From Ktedonobacteria bacterium (GTDB lineage Bacteria > Chloroflexota > Ktedonobacteria > Ktedonobacterales > JACDGC01), in the NCBI GenBank assembly GCA_027459525.1, contig DAIDIC010000198.1:45785-109784 (forward strand): DNA of 64,000 nucleotides, written 5' to 3'. Below, in pieces: positions 63,550 to 64,000 of the stretch (the stretch's first letter is position 1; every line of letters starts with the position of its first letter). The notes below the pieces were generated by a model. The model did not search any database. It was not told the origin of the DNA and saw only the letters and a list, made by a program, of their open reading frames with translations. Made by a program: the position numbers and the translations under genes.

Positions 63550-64000
63550 TCACTCATCATCATCTTCTCCATCTTCATACAAAAGCGCCGTTTGCTCGAT
63601 ATCAGATTCTGCCTGCGATTTGGGAGCCTGTCGAAAAGTAACATTCACACCGCGGGTATTTGGCATATCAATCCGCTTCCCATCAAGCAGATCTTCGATG
63701 GTTACTATTTGCAATTTAGCGTGTTTGCCCCACGCCGATTGATATGTGCCCGCGCTGGCCGCTTCCGTCCGCATTGGCGATGTAGGAGGTTGAAGTGTAA
63801 TAAGCGCGCCAATTTCGGCGTTTTCTCGTTCAATCACTCCACGCAAATCGCGCATATCTTTTACATCGGTATGGCCGCCTTTCACCGAAAAAATTACCTG
63901 TTTCGTTTTGCCGCTTTTATCGCCATCATGAAAATATAAGCGGCCATCAATACCTTTATCCGCGCCTTTCTTTTGCTCCGCTGGCCTTGCGCCTACCAAT
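63550..64000 (-). CDS. C-terminal Mrr/restriction-endonuclease-like domain of a larger protein (the 5' part lies beyond the right edge)
   Basis: KGADKGIDGRLYFHD...KQVIFSVKGGH fits a PD-(D/E)xK D...(S/E)xK core. Such a domain often ends DNA methyltransferase/restriction fusion proteins. The TTG 'start' at 63999 is an edge artefact. Confidence 0.5.
   Translation of the reverse strand, partial: LVGARPAEQKKGADKGIDGRLYFHDGDKSGKTKQVIFSVKGGHTDVKDMRDLRGVIERENAEIGALITLQPPTSPMRTEAASAGTYQSAWGKHAKLQIVTIEDLLDGKRIDMPNTRGVNVTFRQAPKSQAESDIEQTALLYEDGEDDDE

Noticed and set aside
1-64000. I looked by eye for tRNA or rRNA genes, CRISPR arrays, transposase/integrase genes and prophage modules.
   Set aside because: Nothing was recognised. 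Intergenic regions are short, and apart from the three-copy element and small tandem repeats reported above they contain no regularly spaced direct repeats. A tRNAscan/Infernal run would be needed to exclude small RNAs formally.

Overview
This is a 64-kb chromosomal window from a flagellated bacterium. Three large GT-C / 'YYY' (DUF2298) membrane proteins and Thr/Ala/Pro-rich lipoprotein linkers suggest a Chloroflexota-like lineage, but that is inference only. I support about 45 protein genes. Housekeeping genes are folD, a class I aldolase, clpC, pepF, mnmE, ftsZ, hutH, hppD-hmgA and a crotonase. A partial flagellar export/rod operon runs fliQ-fliR-flhB-flhA-pilZ-fliA-X-flgF-flgG on the minus strand. 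Signalling genes are dense: GAF sensors, a GAF histidine kinase, a PAS-GAF-GGDEF cyclase, a PilZ protein, MglA, a REC-like/DUF4388 protein and csrA. I recognised no rRNA, tRNA, CRISPR array, transposase or integrase. The items most worth a second look are: (1) a chemoreceptor whose input is a ~12-TM APC-type permease domain, sitting behind a near-perfect sigma-28 promoter; (2) a three-gene cytoplasmic glycosyltransferase operon ending in a 1410-aa GT-GT-coiled-coil-methyltransferase fusion, which resembles a polymerase/ruler/terminator enzyme; (3) three consecutive giant GT-C / YYY membrane proteins, including a fusion that links the two families; (4) a 131-135-nt structured interspersed element in three copies, one inside the flagellar operon and two in inverted orientation bracketing a methyltransferase gene; (5) an orphan transcription unit (consensus promoter, 20-codon ORF, structured RNA, strong terminator) divergent from a small XRE regulator; (6) a tandem csrA duplication whose second copy has decayed to a Cys-rich 41-codon ORF. 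Start codons are my judgement from SD motifs and homology. All family assignments come from reading the translations, not from database searches.
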